The position numbers and the translations under genes are program-made. Shown here piece after piece: positions 43,365 to 53,287 of a stretch of 64,000 bases of DNA. This DNA comes from an uncultured delta proteobacterium. GTDB taxonomy: Bacteria > Desulfobacterota > Binatia > DP-6. The stretch covers positions 1,536,001-1,600,000 of the forward strand of contig CAWFFN010000009.1 in the NCBI GenBank assembly GCA_963815115.1, given 5' to 3'. The notes beneath the pieces are model-generated. The model was not told where the DNA came from. It ran no database searches and was given only the letters and a program-made list of their open reading frames with translations. Each line of letters begins with the position of its first letter. The first letter of the stretch is position 1.

Positions 43365-44471
43365 TTACTGCAGCAAGCCGAGGTCGATGCGGTAGAGCTC
43401 GGTGACGTTGTCGCACAGGATGGCGCGGCGCTGATCGTCCGTCAGCTGCGCGGCGTGCTCCGCGAGCATCGCCTGGGACCACGGCCAGGTCGAGTCGCTG
43501 TGCGGGAAGTCGTTGGCCCACATGAGGCGCCGCCAGTTGAGCATGTCGACGCTGCGGAAGGCGACCCAGTCGTCCTGGAAGGTGGTGTAGATGCACTCGG
43601 CGAACCATTCCGACGGCAGGCGCGTGAGCGCCTGGCCCGGCGGGAGCCAGTTCCGGTGCCGCTTCCACGCGTGGTCCATGCGATACATGTAGTGCGGCAC
43701 CCACCCGGCGTCGGCTTCCACGCACACCACGCGCAGCTTCGGATGGCGCTCGAACACGCCGCCCAGGACGAGCATGCCCATGATGTCCTGGCAGCCGCGG
43801 ATGACGGACAGGAACGCGTTCATGCGGGGTCCGCGGGTCGGGCTCGTGTCCCGCGTCGTCAGGATGTGGAAGGAGAGCGGCAAGCCCAGCGCGATCGCGG
43901 CCTCCCAGAACTCGTCGTAGGCCGGCGAGTCGTAGTCCTCGACGACCGGATTCCCCGGCATCATCGCGCCGCGCAGGCCGAGCGCCTTGATGGTCTCGAG
44001 ATCGCGGATGCCGTCCGCCGGCGAGCGCATCGGCGTCTGGCCGACGCCCAGCAGACGATGCGGGGACGGTGCGCAGTAGGCCGCGAGCCAGCGGTTGTAG
44101 GCGTCCATGCACGCCTGCTTGTAGTCGGCGTCACGATGGTTGCAGACCGCCATGCCGACGGTGGGATAGATGATCTCGGCGGCGACGCCGTCGCGATCCT
44201 GATCGGCGATGCGGGCCCCCGGATCCCACCCGCCGCGGTGGAGATCCTCGAAGCGCGTGCCCATCAGGCGAATCTCCTCGGCCGGCTTGCCGGCGGCGGC
44301 GACGATGCCGAGCGGGATCGGGACCTTCAGTCCCTCGATGACGTAGATGTCGCCCGTGCCCTCGATGTGCTGCACCCGTGGCGCGCGCTCGCGGAAGGCC
44401 GGGTCGATGTCCTGCCAGGCCTCGGGGGGCTCGGTGACGTGCGAATCGGCTGAGATGACGGGGTAGCTCAT
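43365..44471 (-). CDS. Amidohydrolase_2 family protein
   Basis: ISADSHVTEP, DQDRDGV, PLSFHI, EADAGW, WANDFPHSD. Confidence 0.92.
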   Translation of the reverse strand: MSYPVISADSHVTEPPEAWQDIDPAFRERAPRVQHIEGTGDIYVIEGLKVPIPLGIVAAAGKPAEEIRLMGTRFEDLHRGGWDPGARIADQDRDGVAAEIIYPTVGMAVCNHRDADYKQACMDAYNRWLAAYCAPSPHRLLGVGQTPMRSPADGIRDLETIKALGLRGAMMPGNPVVEDYDSPAYDEFWEAAIALGLPLSFHILTTRDTSPTRGPRMNAFLSVIRGCQDIMGMLVLGGVFERHPKLRVVCVEADAGWVPHYMYRMDHAWKRHRNWLPPGQALTRLPSEWFAECIYTTFQDDWVAFRSVDMLNWRRLMWANDFPHSDSTWPWSQAMLAEHAAQLTDDQRRAILCDNVTELYRIDLGLLQ

Positions 44472-46153
44472 CGAGTCGCGCCTCCTCGCAGCAAGCGTCC
44501 GGGGAGTGGACCGTCCGGCTCGACGGCGTCACGCCCCTCGAGGCGGATGGGAACACCATTCACCACGACGGCACGGATGCCGAGCGCATCCGAGACCAGG
44601 CGGTCGGCGCCGGCTGGAAAGTCCCACACGCGACGCAGGGGGCTGCAGCTCACCGTTGCCGGGTCGAAGACGACGACATCCGCCGCGAGCCCCACGGCCA
44701 GTCGCCCGCGATCGCGCAGGCCGAAGACGGCCGCGGGCTGGCCCGTCAGCCGCCATACGCCATCCTCGAGGGCAAGGGTGCCGCGCTCGCGCACCCACGT
44801 GCCGAGCAGCTCGGTGGGGGCACACGCATCGCATAGCTGGCTCGCGTGCGCGCCGGCGTCGGAGAGGCCGAGCATGGTGGCCGGATGGGAGAGCAGCTCG
44901 GCGACGATCGCCGGGTCGGTGTTCAGGATGGCCAGGCGGAAGCGGGTCTCGAGTTCGCTCGCCAGCGCCAGGTCGAGCATCAGGTCGACCGGGTGCGTGC
45001 CGCGCTCGTCGGCGACGTCGCCGAGGCGGCGCTCGGCGAGCGCCGGGTCGGGCGGGTGCTCGGTGATCTGCATGTCGGCGAACCGTCCGCCGAGCGGTCC
45101 TGCCTCGGTGCGCTCGCGCAGCGCGCGCCGGAACGCCGGGTCGGCGTAGATGCGCCGCTTGCCCGCGGCGTCGGCCTGCGACACGGGCCGGAACAGCGAC
45201 ATGCTCTCGAGCGGGAAGGGCGCCTTCATCTGGAACTCGACCATGAGCGGCCGGCAGGAGACCTGCGGGATGACCGCGATGCCCTCGGCCTGCAGCGCCG
45301 ACGACTGCTCGAGGACGCCGCGGTGGCCGTCCGGGCCGAGCATGCCGCCGAGGAGCGCCGTCCACGTGACGGGCCGCGCCGTACGCCGGGCGATGTCGGC
45401 CAGCTCGCTCATGAAGAATCCGGGGCCGATCGTCGCCTGCATCACGCCGTGTCCGGTCTCGCCGAGGCAGCCGGCCAGCGTCTCGATCTCCGCCAGCGAC
45501 GCGGCCCGGCTGGGCACCGGACGGCCGGCATCGCCGACGTGCGTGGGCGACTTGGAGGTGGCGAAGCCGAGAGCGCCGGCGCGCAACGCGTCGAGGACCA
45601 GCGCGCGCATGGCCGCGACCTCCGCGTCGGTCGCCTCGCGCTCGGTCGCCTCCTCGCCCATGACGTGCAGCCGCACCGGCGTGTGGCCGACGAGCGCGCC
45701 GACGTTGATGGCCGTGCCGCGGCGCTCGAGCGCGTCGAGAAACTCGGGGAAGCTCTCGAACGGCCATTCCCGGCCGACGCCGGCGAGCAGCGCCTCGAGC
45801 GACATGCCCTCGACACGCTCGAGCGTGCGCAGGATCAGCTCGCGATGCGCCGGCCGCGTGGGCGCGACACCGAACCCGCAGTTGCCCATGACCACCGAGG
45901 TGACGCCGTGCCACGGCGAGATCGACAGCATGCGATCCCAGAACACCTGCGCGTCGTAGTGCGTGTGGATGTCGATGAAGCCCGGCGCGACGATGGCGCC
46001 CTCGGCATCGAGGGTGCGCGCGGCGGTGCCCGCCACGTCGCCGAGGGCGGCGATGCGACCGTCACGCACGGCGACGGCCCCGGGCGTGCGGGGTGCGCCG
46101 GTCCCGTCGACCAGCGTGCCGCCGCGGATCAGGAGGTCGTAGTGGTCGCTCAT
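44468..46153 (-). CDS. N-acyl-D-amino-acid deacylase family amidohydrolase
   Basis: ATG 46153. PGFIDIHTHYDAQ, GNCGF, SDAGAH, ADVVVFDP. Confidence 0.92.
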   Translation of the reverse strand: MSDHYDLLIRGGTLVDGTGAPRTPGAVAVRDGRIAALGDVAGTAARTLDAEGAIVAPGFIDIHTHYDAQVFWDRMLSISPWHGVTSVVMGNCGFGVAPTRPAHRELILRTLERVEGMSLEALLAGVGREWPFESFPEFLDALERRGTAINVGALVGHTPVRLHVMGEEATEREATDAEVAAMRALVLDALRAGALGFATSKSPTHVGDAGRPVPSRAASLAEIETLAGCLGETGHGVMQATIGPGFFMSELADIARRTARPVTWTALLGGMLGPDGHRGVLEQSSALQAEGIAVIPQVSCRPLMVEFQMKAPFPLESMSLFRPVSQADAAGKRRIYADPAFRRALRERTEAGPLGGRFADMQITEHPPDPALAERRLGDVADERGTHPVDLMLDLALASELETRFRLAILNTDPAIVAELLSHPATMLGLSDAGAHASQLCDACAPTELLGTWVRERGTLALEDGVWRLTGQPAAVFGLRDRGRLAVGLAADVVVFDPATVSCSPLRRVWDFPAGADRLVSDALGIRAVVVNGVPIRLEGRDAVEPDGPLPGRLLRGGATR

Positions 46154-46312
46154 GGCCGCTCGGCACAGTAGGGCGACCACGTCGGCACGGTCAACCGTGA
46201 GCCCAGCGCTCGGGCCACACGCGGGCCGCACCGGTCCGGAAACGGCCCGCAACGGCTCGCGGCCCTCGGCCGAGCCTTGACGCCGGGGACCGTGCTCGGG
46301 TCCAATTCACCG

Positions 46313-47587
46313 ATGCGCGCCATTCTCGCCGCCGCCCTCGTCCTGTCGACCCTGGCGGCGATCGACCCGCCGATCACCTCCGCCAAGCCGCGAGGCCTGG
46401 CGGCGGTCGGCGACCATGCGCGACGCTGCGGCCGCCGCGAGCGGCGCCTGGGCGCGCTCGAGCGCCGCAGCCTGGCGCGCGCGAGCTGCGGCGTCGCCGA
46501 GGGCTGCACGCCGCGCGACCGGCGGCGATGGACCAAGGCGGCGAACGCGTTCGCCGACGACTGCGTCGCGATGAACCAGGTCCAGGTGCTGGGGACCCAC
46601 AACAGCTATCACGTCGAGCCCCGGCCGGAGCTCATGGCGGCGCTGCTCGCGTTCTCGCCCGTGTTCTCCGAGATCCAGTACACGCACCCGCCGCTGGTGG
46701 ATCAGTTCACCAACGAGGGCATCCGGCAGATCGAGATCGACGTCTACGCCGATCCGCAGGGCGGCCTGTACGCCCACCGGGAGGGGCTGGTGGTGGTCGG
46801 GGAGAATCCCGACTCGGACGATCCCGAGCTGCGGCAGCCCGGGTTCAAGGTGCTGCACATCCAGGACATCGACTTCGAGACCAGGTGCGTGACGTTCGTC
46901 GACTGCCTGCACGACGTGAAGGGATGGTCCGACGCCCACCCCGGTCATCTGCCGATCATGATCCTCGTGGAGGCCGAGGACGAGGTGCTGCCGCCGGTCA
47001 TCGACTTCGTCATCCCGATCCCTTTCGGTCCCGCCGAGTTCGATGCGCTCGACGCCGAGATCCGCTCGGTCTTCCCGCCCGAGCGGCTCATCACGCCTGA
47101 CGACGTGCGGCACGGCCTGCCCACGCTGGACGAGGCCGTGCGGACGCGCGGCTGGCCGACGTTGAAGGACTCTCGCGGCAAGGTACTCTTCTTCCTCGAC
47201 AACGGCGGCAAGCGTGACGTCTACCGGACGGGCCATCCGGTGCTCGAGGGGCGGGTCCTGTTCACCAACTCGGAGGCCGGCGCGATCGACGCGGCGTTCG
47301 TGGAGCAGAACGATCCGCTCGACGTGGACATCCCTGGACTCGTCCGGACCGGCTACATCGTGCGGACGCGGGCCGATGCGGACACCGAGCAGGCGCGCAG
47401 CGGTGACACGACCGACCGGGAGGCGGCCATCGCGAGCGGGGCGCAGTACGTCAGCACCGACTATCCCGTACCCGACCCCCGCTTCGGGACGGGCTACTTC
47501 GTCGAGCTTCCCGAAGGCCCGCCGGGCCGTTGCAATCCGGTGAACGCGCCCGTCGGCTGTCGCTCCGCGGTTCTCGAGCGTCCGTGA
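46313..47587 (+). CDS. Secreted phosphoinositide phospholipase C-like protein
   Basis: Signal-like N-terminus; QVLGTHNSYH, GIRQIEIDV, HPGHLPI, VRTRAD, GAQYVSTDYP. Confidence 0.85.
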   Translation: MRAILAAALVLSTLAAIDPPITSAKPRGLAAVGDHARRCGRRERRLGALERRSLARASCGVAEGCTPRDRRRWTKAANAFADDCVAMNQVQVLGTHNSYHVEPRPELMAALLAFSPVFSEIQYTHPPLVDQFTNEGIRQIEIDVYADPQGGLYAHREGLVVVGENPDSDDPELRQPGFKVLHIQDIDFETRCVTFVDCLHDVKGWSDAHPGHLPIMILVEAEDEVLPPVIDFVIPIPFGPAEFDALDAEIRSVFPPERLITPDDVRHGLPTLDEAVRTRGWPTLKDSRGKVLFFLDNGGKRDVYRTGHPVLEGRVLFTNSEAGAIDAAFVEQNDPLDVDIPGLVRTGYIVRTRADADTEQARSGDTTDREAAIASGAQYVSTDYPVPDPRFGTGYFVELPEGPPGRCNPVNAPVGCRSAVLERP

Positions 47588-47611
47588 CGGCGTCCGGCGA
47601 TCGTGCCGGAG

Positions 47612-48985
47612 TCAGATCCCGTACATCGCCGGGTCGATCGCGTACGCCAGCCCGCGCAGCGCGTCGCCGCGACGGCGCCGCTCCGCGTTCGCCCGGGCGT
47701 GGTGCGCGAACGTCCGCAGCGAGGCCACGACGTCGGCGCCGGTGGTGTCGACGCCGAGGTGCTCGCGCAGCAGCGCCACACGCAGCGCACGGGCCGTCGC
47801 CGCATCCCAGAACGAGGCGTTCAGCTCCGTGTCGGCGTGGAACGAGCGCGTCATGAGGTTGGTCGATCCGATGGTCCCCCACGCGTCGTCGACCAGCATC
47901 ATCTTGGCGTGCACGTAGACGTCGTGCAGGCGCCCGGCATCGCCGGACGCGGCGAGGCCGGCGAGCGTGAAGCCGGGCTGCGCGCCGAGCGCCGCGAGGC
48001 CGGCGAAGAACGGCACGGCCCGCGGCTCCGCGCGTGCGGCGCGCACCTCCGCCATCGGCATGCCCGGGAGCACGAAGACCACCTCGACGCCGCGCGCGAC
48101 GGCGGCAGCGAGGCGCTCCAGCACCTCGACCGAGGCCAGGAACTGGTTCTCGATGTAGATTCCGTGCCGGGCGGCGTCGATCGCCGCCATGTACTGCTCG
48201 GCGACGCTGGTCTCGCCGCCATCGACGGCAAACGGTTCCGTCTCCGGGGCGGCCACGGCCGCCTCGTAGCGGCCGGCGCGCACCGTCCGCGTGATCTGCA
48301 CCGGCACCGGGCCGGCGACGCCGGCGAGCCGCGACGGAAACGGCAGGTCGTCGGCGCGTGCAGCATCCGGCCAGCAGCCGTCCGCGCACGCACGCTCGCT
48401 CGCCTCGTTCCAGCGTTGCACGAAGTTGTGCGCCACGTCGCTGGACGCGGGTCCCGCGACCTCGAGATAGAGGTCGTGCACGCCGGGATCGCCTGCGCGA
48501 GGCGGGTGGCCCGGCGGCACGAGCGAGCCGTGGTCGAGATTGATCCCTCCGACGAAGGCCAGCTCGCCCGCCGCGCCGGCGTCGATCACCCAGCTCTTCT
48601 GGTGGTGGCAATAGCGCGGCAGGTGGTCCCAGCGCGCCAGGAAGCGCGCGTGCCGGTCGTCGAGCCAGCCCCGCTCCTCGGCGGTCCCGGCAAAGTGCGC
48701 GGACCCGGGCATGAGGCGAGGGAGGTCGGGCTCGCGCCAGAAGAGGACGCGCACGTCGAGCCCGCGGGCCGCGGCCCGATCGAGGACGTCGAAGAAGCTG
48801 CCGCGGCCGTCGGGCATCTGGACCTCGCGATCGACGAACGCGACCGTGACCCGGACGCTATCGCGCGCCGTCTCGACCGCCTGGCAGATGCGGCGGAAGG
48901 CCGGCTCGCCGTCGATCAGGGGGCGGACGCGGTTGCCCTCCCGGAGCGGGTAGGCGCCCGAGCGGGCCGGCGGAACCGACGTCAT
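47612..48985 (-). CDS. Phospholipase D / cardiolipin synthase family protein
   Basis: Two HKD motifs: HQKSWVID..GGIN and HAKMMLVD..GSTN. Confidence 0.92.
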   Translation of the reverse strand: MTSVPPARSGAYPLREGNRVRPLIDGEPAFRRICQAVETARDSVRVTVAFVDREVQMPDGRGSFFDVLDRAAARGLDVRVLFWREPDLPRLMPGSAHFAGTAEERGWLDDRHARFLARWDHLPRYCHHQKSWVIDAGAAGELAFVGGINLDHGSLVPPGHPPRAGDPGVHDLYLEVAGPASSDVAHNFVQRWNEASERACADGCWPDAARADDLPFPSRLAGVAGPVPVQITRTVRAGRYEAAVAAPETEPFAVDGGETSVAEQYMAAIDAARHGIYIENQFLASVEVLERLAAAVARGVEVVFVLPGMPMAEVRAARAEPRAVPFFAGLAALGAQPGFTLAGLAASGDAGRLHDVYVHAKMMLVDDAWGTIGSTNLMTRSFHADTELNASFWDAATARALRVALLREHLGVDTTGADVVASLRTFAHHARANAERRRRGDALRGLAYAIDPAMYGI

Positions 48986-48989
48986 CCCG

Positions 48990-49871
48990 TCACCGTGCCT
49001 TGTGCGATATGGCGATGGAACACGGAACCGTCACCTTGTAGCGGCGCGCGAAGCTGTCCTGGTTGACCGCGAGCCCCACGTGCCCTCGCGAGTCGATGAA
49101 GACGAGCGGTGTGCCGCGCGGCACGTCGCCGAAGGTGCGCGCCAGCGGCGCGTCGAGCGTGCGTCCCGCGAGGCGGATACCCACGCGATCACCAGGCGAG
49201 TAGCCCAGCTGCGCGAAGGTCGCGGCATCGACATCGGTGATCAGGTTTCCGAAGGGGCCGTCGATCGCCACCACCCGCCCGTGCAGGCCCTGGCCGTCGA
49301 CGGTCGCGGGCCGGAGCGCAAGGCGCACCGGCTCGGCGATCACGGGGCCGACCTCGGTCCAGTCGTCGCCGCGCGCGAGGTGCGCGGCAGCCGGGGCGAA
49401 GACGTCACGGCCATGGAACGTCGAGGACACCGCGGGTGCGCGCAGCCACGCGGGGTTGCTGATCTCGCGCGCGCCGTCCAGGCCGTCGCGCGCAGCGACC
49501 AGCGTGATGAGGCCGTTGTCGGGCAGCACGAACCATTGCCCGCGCGACGAGCGCGCGACCATCGCCTTGCGCGCGCTGCCGACGCCGGGATCGACGACGG
49601 CCAGGAACACCGTGCCGGGCGGATAGTAGGGTGCCGTGTCGGCGAGCAGGCGGGCGCCGTCCGCGATGGCGTAGGGCCGGACCTGGTGGGTGAGATCGAT
49701 GGTCCTGAGCCGGGGCTCGATCCCGAGCATCACACCCTTCACGACCGCCACCGCGTCGTCCCGGGTGCCGAAGTCGCTCAGGAAGACCACCAGCGGAGCT
49801 GGCGGTGGCGGCCCGGGCTCGGCGCGGGCGGAGCCGGCGAGCAGGGCCGCGAGGGCTAGGAACAGCAGCAC
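48990..49871 (-). CDS. SAM hydroxide adenosyltransferase (DUF62; chlorinase/fluorinase superfamily) with signal peptide
   Basis: SDFG, VVDPGVGSAR, PDNGL, STFHGRDVFAP, FGNLIT; N-terminal LLFLALAALLAGSARA. Confidence 0.88.
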   Translation of the reverse strand: MLLFLALAALLAGSARAEPGPPPPAPLVVFLSDFGTRDDAVAVVKGVMLGIEPRLRTIDLTHQVRPYAIADGARLLADTAPYYPPGTVFLAVVDPGVGSARKAMVARSSRGQWFVLPDNGLITLVAARDGLDGAREISNPAWLRAPAVSSTFHGRDVFAPAAAHLARGDDWTEVGPVIAEPVRLALRPATVDGQGLHGRVVAIDGPFGNLITDVDAATFAQLGYSPGDRVGIRLAGRTLDAPLARTFGDVPRGTPLVFIDSRGHVGLAVNQDSFARRYKVTVPCSIAISHKAR

Positions 49872-49958
49872 CTCGCCCCTATATCATCTCCCATCACGAG
49901 TCGGCTGCGGTTGTACCGCCCGCGAGCGGCGTGCTAACCCGACCGAGAGGAGATTCCC

Positions 49959-51155
49959 ATGCGCAAGATGCGTGAAGCGGTCATCGTCGCCACCGCCCGG
50001 ACGGGCCTCGCCAAGTCGTTCAGGGGTGCGTTCAACCAGACACGTCCGGACGACCAGGCCGCGCACGTCATCAAGGCGGTGCTCGCGAAGGTGCCCAAGC
50101 TCGATCCCGAGGAGATCGACGACGTGGTCGCGGGCACCGGCTTCCCGGAGGGCCCGCAGGGATTCAACGTCGGGCGCAACGTCGCCATCATGGGCGGCCT
50201 GCCGCATTCCGTCGCCGGCTCGACGGTGAGCCGGTTCTGTTCCTCCGGGCTCAACGCCGTCGCGGTCGCCGCCCACATGGTGGAGAACGAGGGCTCCGAC
50301 GCGGTGATCGCGGTCGGCCTCGAATCCATCACCATGCTGCAGAACGACTTCAACAAGACGAACCTGTTCAACCCCTGGCTCATGGAGCACTACAAGCAGG
50401 TCTACATGCCGATGGGGCTGACCGCCGAGGTGGTGGCCGATCGCTACAAGGTCTCTCGCGAGGCGCAGGACGAGTACGCGCTCGCTTCCCAGCAGCGTAC
50501 CGCAGCTTTCCAGGAATCGGGGAAGCACCGGGACGAGATCGTGCCGATGACCGTCACCATGGCCGTGACCGACAAGGCCACCGGTCAGACCACCCAGAAG
50601 CAGGTCACGATCGATCGTGACGAGTGCAACCGCCCCGAGACCACGCTCGACGGCCTCAGGAAGCTCCCGCCGGCGTTCAAGGAGGGCGGCACCGTGACGG
50701 CGGGCAACTCGTCGCAGTTCTCCGACGGGGCCTCGGCCGTGCTCATGGTGTCGGCCGACAAGGCCGCGTCGCTGGGCGTGCGGCCGCTCGGCACCTTCCG
50801 CGGCTGCGTCTTTGCCGGGTGCGAGGCCGACGAGATGGGCATCGGGCCGGTCTTCGCGGTGCCAAAGCTGCTCAAGCGCGCGGGGCTCACCGTCGACGAC
50901 ATCGACGTCGTCGAGCTGAACGAGGCCTTCGCGTCCCAGGTGGTCTACTGCCGCGACCGGCTCGGCATCTCGATGGAGCAGCTCAACCCGAACGGGGGCT
51001 CGATCTCCATCGGCCATCCCTACGGGATGACCGGCGCCCGCATGACGGGGACGCTGCTGCTCGAGCTGCAGCGCCGGCGCAAGCGCTGGGGCATCGTCAC
51101 CATGTGCATCGGCGGCGGCATGGGCGCCGCGGGCCTCTTCGAAGCAGCGCTCTGA
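49959..51155 (+). CDS. Acetyl-CoA C-acyltransferase (thiolase)
   Basis: RFCSSG, NEAFA, GHPYG, MCIGGGMG. Confidence 0.96.
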   Translation: MRKMREAVIVATARTGLAKSFRGAFNQTRPDDQAAHVIKAVLAKVPKLDPEEIDDVVAGTGFPEGPQGFNVGRNVAIMGGLPHSVAGSTVSRFCSSGLNAVAVAAHMVENEGSDAVIAVGLESITMLQNDFNKTNLFNPWLMEHYKQVYMPMGLTAEVVADRYKVSREAQDEYALASQQRTAAFQESGKHRDEIVPMTVTMAVTDKATGQTTQKQVTIDRDECNRPETTLDGLRKLPPAFKEGGTVTAGNSSQFSDGASAVLMVSADKAASLGVRPLGTFRGCVFAGCEADEMGIGPVFAVPKLLKRAGLTVDDIDVVELNEAFASQVVYCRDRLGISMEQLNPNGGSISIGHPYGMTGARMTGTLLLELQRRRKRWGIVTMCIGGGMGAAGLFEAAL

Positions 51156-51173
51156 TCGGAGCGGCCGGGAGCG

Positions 51174-51584
51174 ATGGGGCGGGGGTACTGGCTCGTCAAG
51201 CAGGAGCCGACGAAGTACTCCTTCGACCAGCTGGTGGCGGACGGCGGCACGACGTGGGACGGCGTGCGCAACTTCCAGGCCCGCAACAACCTCCAGGCCA
51301 TGCGACGCGGCGACCGGGTTCTGTTCTACCACTCGGTGGTGGGCACGGCCGTGGTCGGCGTTTGCGAGGTGAAGCGGGAGGCGTATCCCGATCCGACGGC
51401 ACGGGAGGGAAGCTGGGTGGCGGTCGATCTCGCTCCGGTGAAGAAGCTCAAGCGTCCAGTGACCCTCGAGGAGATCAAAGCCGACAAGGCGCTGCGAACG
51501 ACTCCCCTGGTGCGGCAGTCGCGGCTGAGCGTCATGCCGATCGAGAAGACGGCCTTCGAGGCCATCGTGAAGCGGGGAGGTTGA
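51174..51584 (+). CDS. EVE domain protein
   Basis: YWLVKQEP, WDGVRNFQARN, FYHS, RLSVMP. Confidence 0.93.
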   Translation: MGRGYWLVKQEPTKYSFDQLVADGGTTWDGVRNFQARNNLQAMRRGDRVLFYHSVVGTAVVGVCEVKREAYPDPTAREGSWVAVDLAPVKKLKRPVTLEEIKADKALRTTPLVRQSRLSVMPIEKTAFEAIVKRGG

Positions 51585-52234
51585 TGCGAAGCGCGGTGCT
51601 GGTGGCGCTGATGGTCCTCGGGGCGGGCGCCGTCGCGCGGGCCGGGGAGCTGGATCAGCTGCGGAGCGAGAACGCCCAGCTCCGCGCGCGCGTGCAGGAG
51701 CTCGAACGGGAGAACGCCCGCCTCCGTGGCGACGCGAGCCACGGGTTGTCCGCCGCACTGGAGCAGCGCGCGACGGCGGCCGTCGCGGTCGCGCCGGGGG
51801 CGGCGCCCGGCACCACGAGCATCACCACCGAGGCGAGCCGGCTCGAGGGGATCGGGGGCGGGAAGTCGCGCCACTGGATCAGCTGGCGTGGGGAGCGCGC
51901 TGCTGGCGGCGGGCGTCCGGACGCGGCTGCGCTCGTCATCGACACGTCGGCCTCGGGCAGCATCTATCGTGGCGTCTCGACGCTCCGGCTGGTCGTCGAC
52001 GGCACGCCGGTCGACTGCACGGTCGCCGACTACAAGACGGAGACGCTGCCCACCGGCCGCAATGGTACCGACCGCATCCAGTCGGAGCGCGTGACCGCGA
52101 ACGTCCCGGCGGCCGTCCTCGACCGGCTCGCAGGCGCGAGCGACGTCAGCGGCACGCTCGGCCCCACCACGTTCCACCTCACCCCGGAGCAGATCGCCGC
52201 GGCACGAGCGTTCGTGCAGCGGCTCGGGGTCTGA
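51584..52234 (+). CDS. Hypothetical exported protein with short coiled coil
   Basis: TGATG coupling to the EVE gene; signal peptide ending ARA; LRSENAQLRARVQELERENARL. Confidence 0.7.
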   Translation: MRSAVLVALMVLGAGAVARAGELDQLRSENAQLRARVQELERENARLRGDASHGLSAALEQRATAAVAVAPGAAPGTTSITTEASRLEGIGGGKSRHWISWRGERAAGGGRPDAAALVIDTSASGSIYRGVSTLRLVVDGTPVDCTVADYKTETLPTGRNGTDRIQSERVTANVPAAVLDRLAGASDVSGTLGPTTFHLTPEQIAAARAFVQRLGV

Positions 52235-52244
52235 TCGCGCCGCA

Positions 52245-53042
52245 TCAGCGCGCCTCGAACTTCGGCTGCCGCTTCTCCTTGAAGGCGGCAACCGCCTCGG
52301 CGTGGTCGCGGGTGCGGTAGAGGTACTCCAGCGCGTAGCCCTCGTGGCGGACCTGCGCGTCGAAGGTTGCGGTCAGGCCCTGGTAGAGGGCGCGCCGCGT
52401 GAGCGTGACCGAGAGCGGTGCGCACTGCGCGATCTCACGGGCGAGGGCGGCCGCCGCATCGCACAGCTCGTTGCCCGGGACGACGTGGTTCACCAGGCCG
52501 ATGCGCTCGAGCTCGCCGGCGGCGTACTGCTTGCCGGTGAACATGAGCTCGCACGCCCGGCCGATGCCGACGAGGCGCGGCAGGAGGAAGGTGGAGCCCA
52601 GCTCGGCCATCACGCCCATGCGCGGGAAGAGAAATCCCAGCTTGGCGTCGGCCGAGGCCAGGCGGATGTCGCACAGCAGCGTCATCGTGCAGCCGACGCC
52701 GAGGGCGTAGCCGTTGATGGCGGCGATGGTGGGCTTCGAGAGGTGCTCCATCAGGGCGGGGAACTCCTCGACCCGGCCCGGCCCGTCACCGCCCTCGGCG
52801 CCCGTACCCCCGCCGCCGCGGATCTGTGCGGCGAAGAAGTCCATGTCGGCACCGGCGCAGAAGGCGCGGCCCGCGCCGGTCAGGATGACGGCACGCACGG
52901 CGCGGTCGCGGTCGGCGTCGCGGAAGGCCTGGGTCATCTCCCGGCCCATGGTAGGGGTCCAGGCGTTCAGGCGCTCGGGCCGATGGAGCGTGATGGTGGC
53001 GACGCCGTCGGCCCGCTCGTAGCGGATCGTCTCGAAGTCCAT
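52245..53042 (-). CDS. Enoyl-CoA hydratase/isomerase
   Basis: LHRPERLNA, AFCAGAD, KPTIAAINGYALGVG, AFKEKRQP. Confidence 0.95.
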   Translation of the reverse strand: MDFETIRYERADGVATITLHRPERLNAWTPTMGREMTQAFRDADRDRAVRAVILTGAGRAFCAGADMDFFAAQIRGGGGTGAEGGDGPGRVEEFPALMEHLSKPTIAAINGYALGVGCTMTLLCDIRLASADAKLGFLFPRMGVMAELGSTFLLPRLVGIGRACELMFTGKQYAAGELERIGLVNHVVPGNELCDAAAALAREIAQCAPLSVTLTRRALYQGLTATFDAQVRHEGYALEYLYRTRDHAEAVAAFKEKRQPKFEAR

Positions 53043-53112
53043 GACCGACGTGTAGTGCGGCCGTAGCGGCGCCGTCAAAGTCCGGTAGCGCGGCGCGTTC
53101 GGCTCCCCTCGC

Positions 53113-53174
53113 TTGACAAGGCACGGATCGGCCTTTAGACCGCTGACCGATCGGTTTAGCCCGATCGGTCAGCG
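53113..53174 (+). promoter_or_regulatory. Sigma70-like promoter plus palindromic operator of the mva/hpn operon
   Basis: TTGACA (53113)-N17-TAGACC (53136); perfect 14-bp inverted repeat CGCTGACCGATCGG-tttagc-CCGATCGGTCAGCG (53141-53174). Confidence 0.7.
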
Positions 53175-53287
53175 CTGGTGGGGCGGAGGGGTACGGGCTG
53201 AAATTCGTGGAGGACCAGATGGCTGGGGTTGAACTGGCAAGGCGTCGTGGTGGTCCTGACCGTGAGGTCAGCAGGCCGGAGCCCGTG

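Noticed and set aside
48990-49871. Fluorinase/chlorinase activity
   Set aside because: TFHGRD and the Asp/Arg residues fit the DUF62 hydrolase subgroup, and no halometabolite cluster is nearby.
51174-51584. EVE protein as a modification-dependent restriction component
   Set aside because: Stand-alone domain with no fused or neighbouring nuclease.
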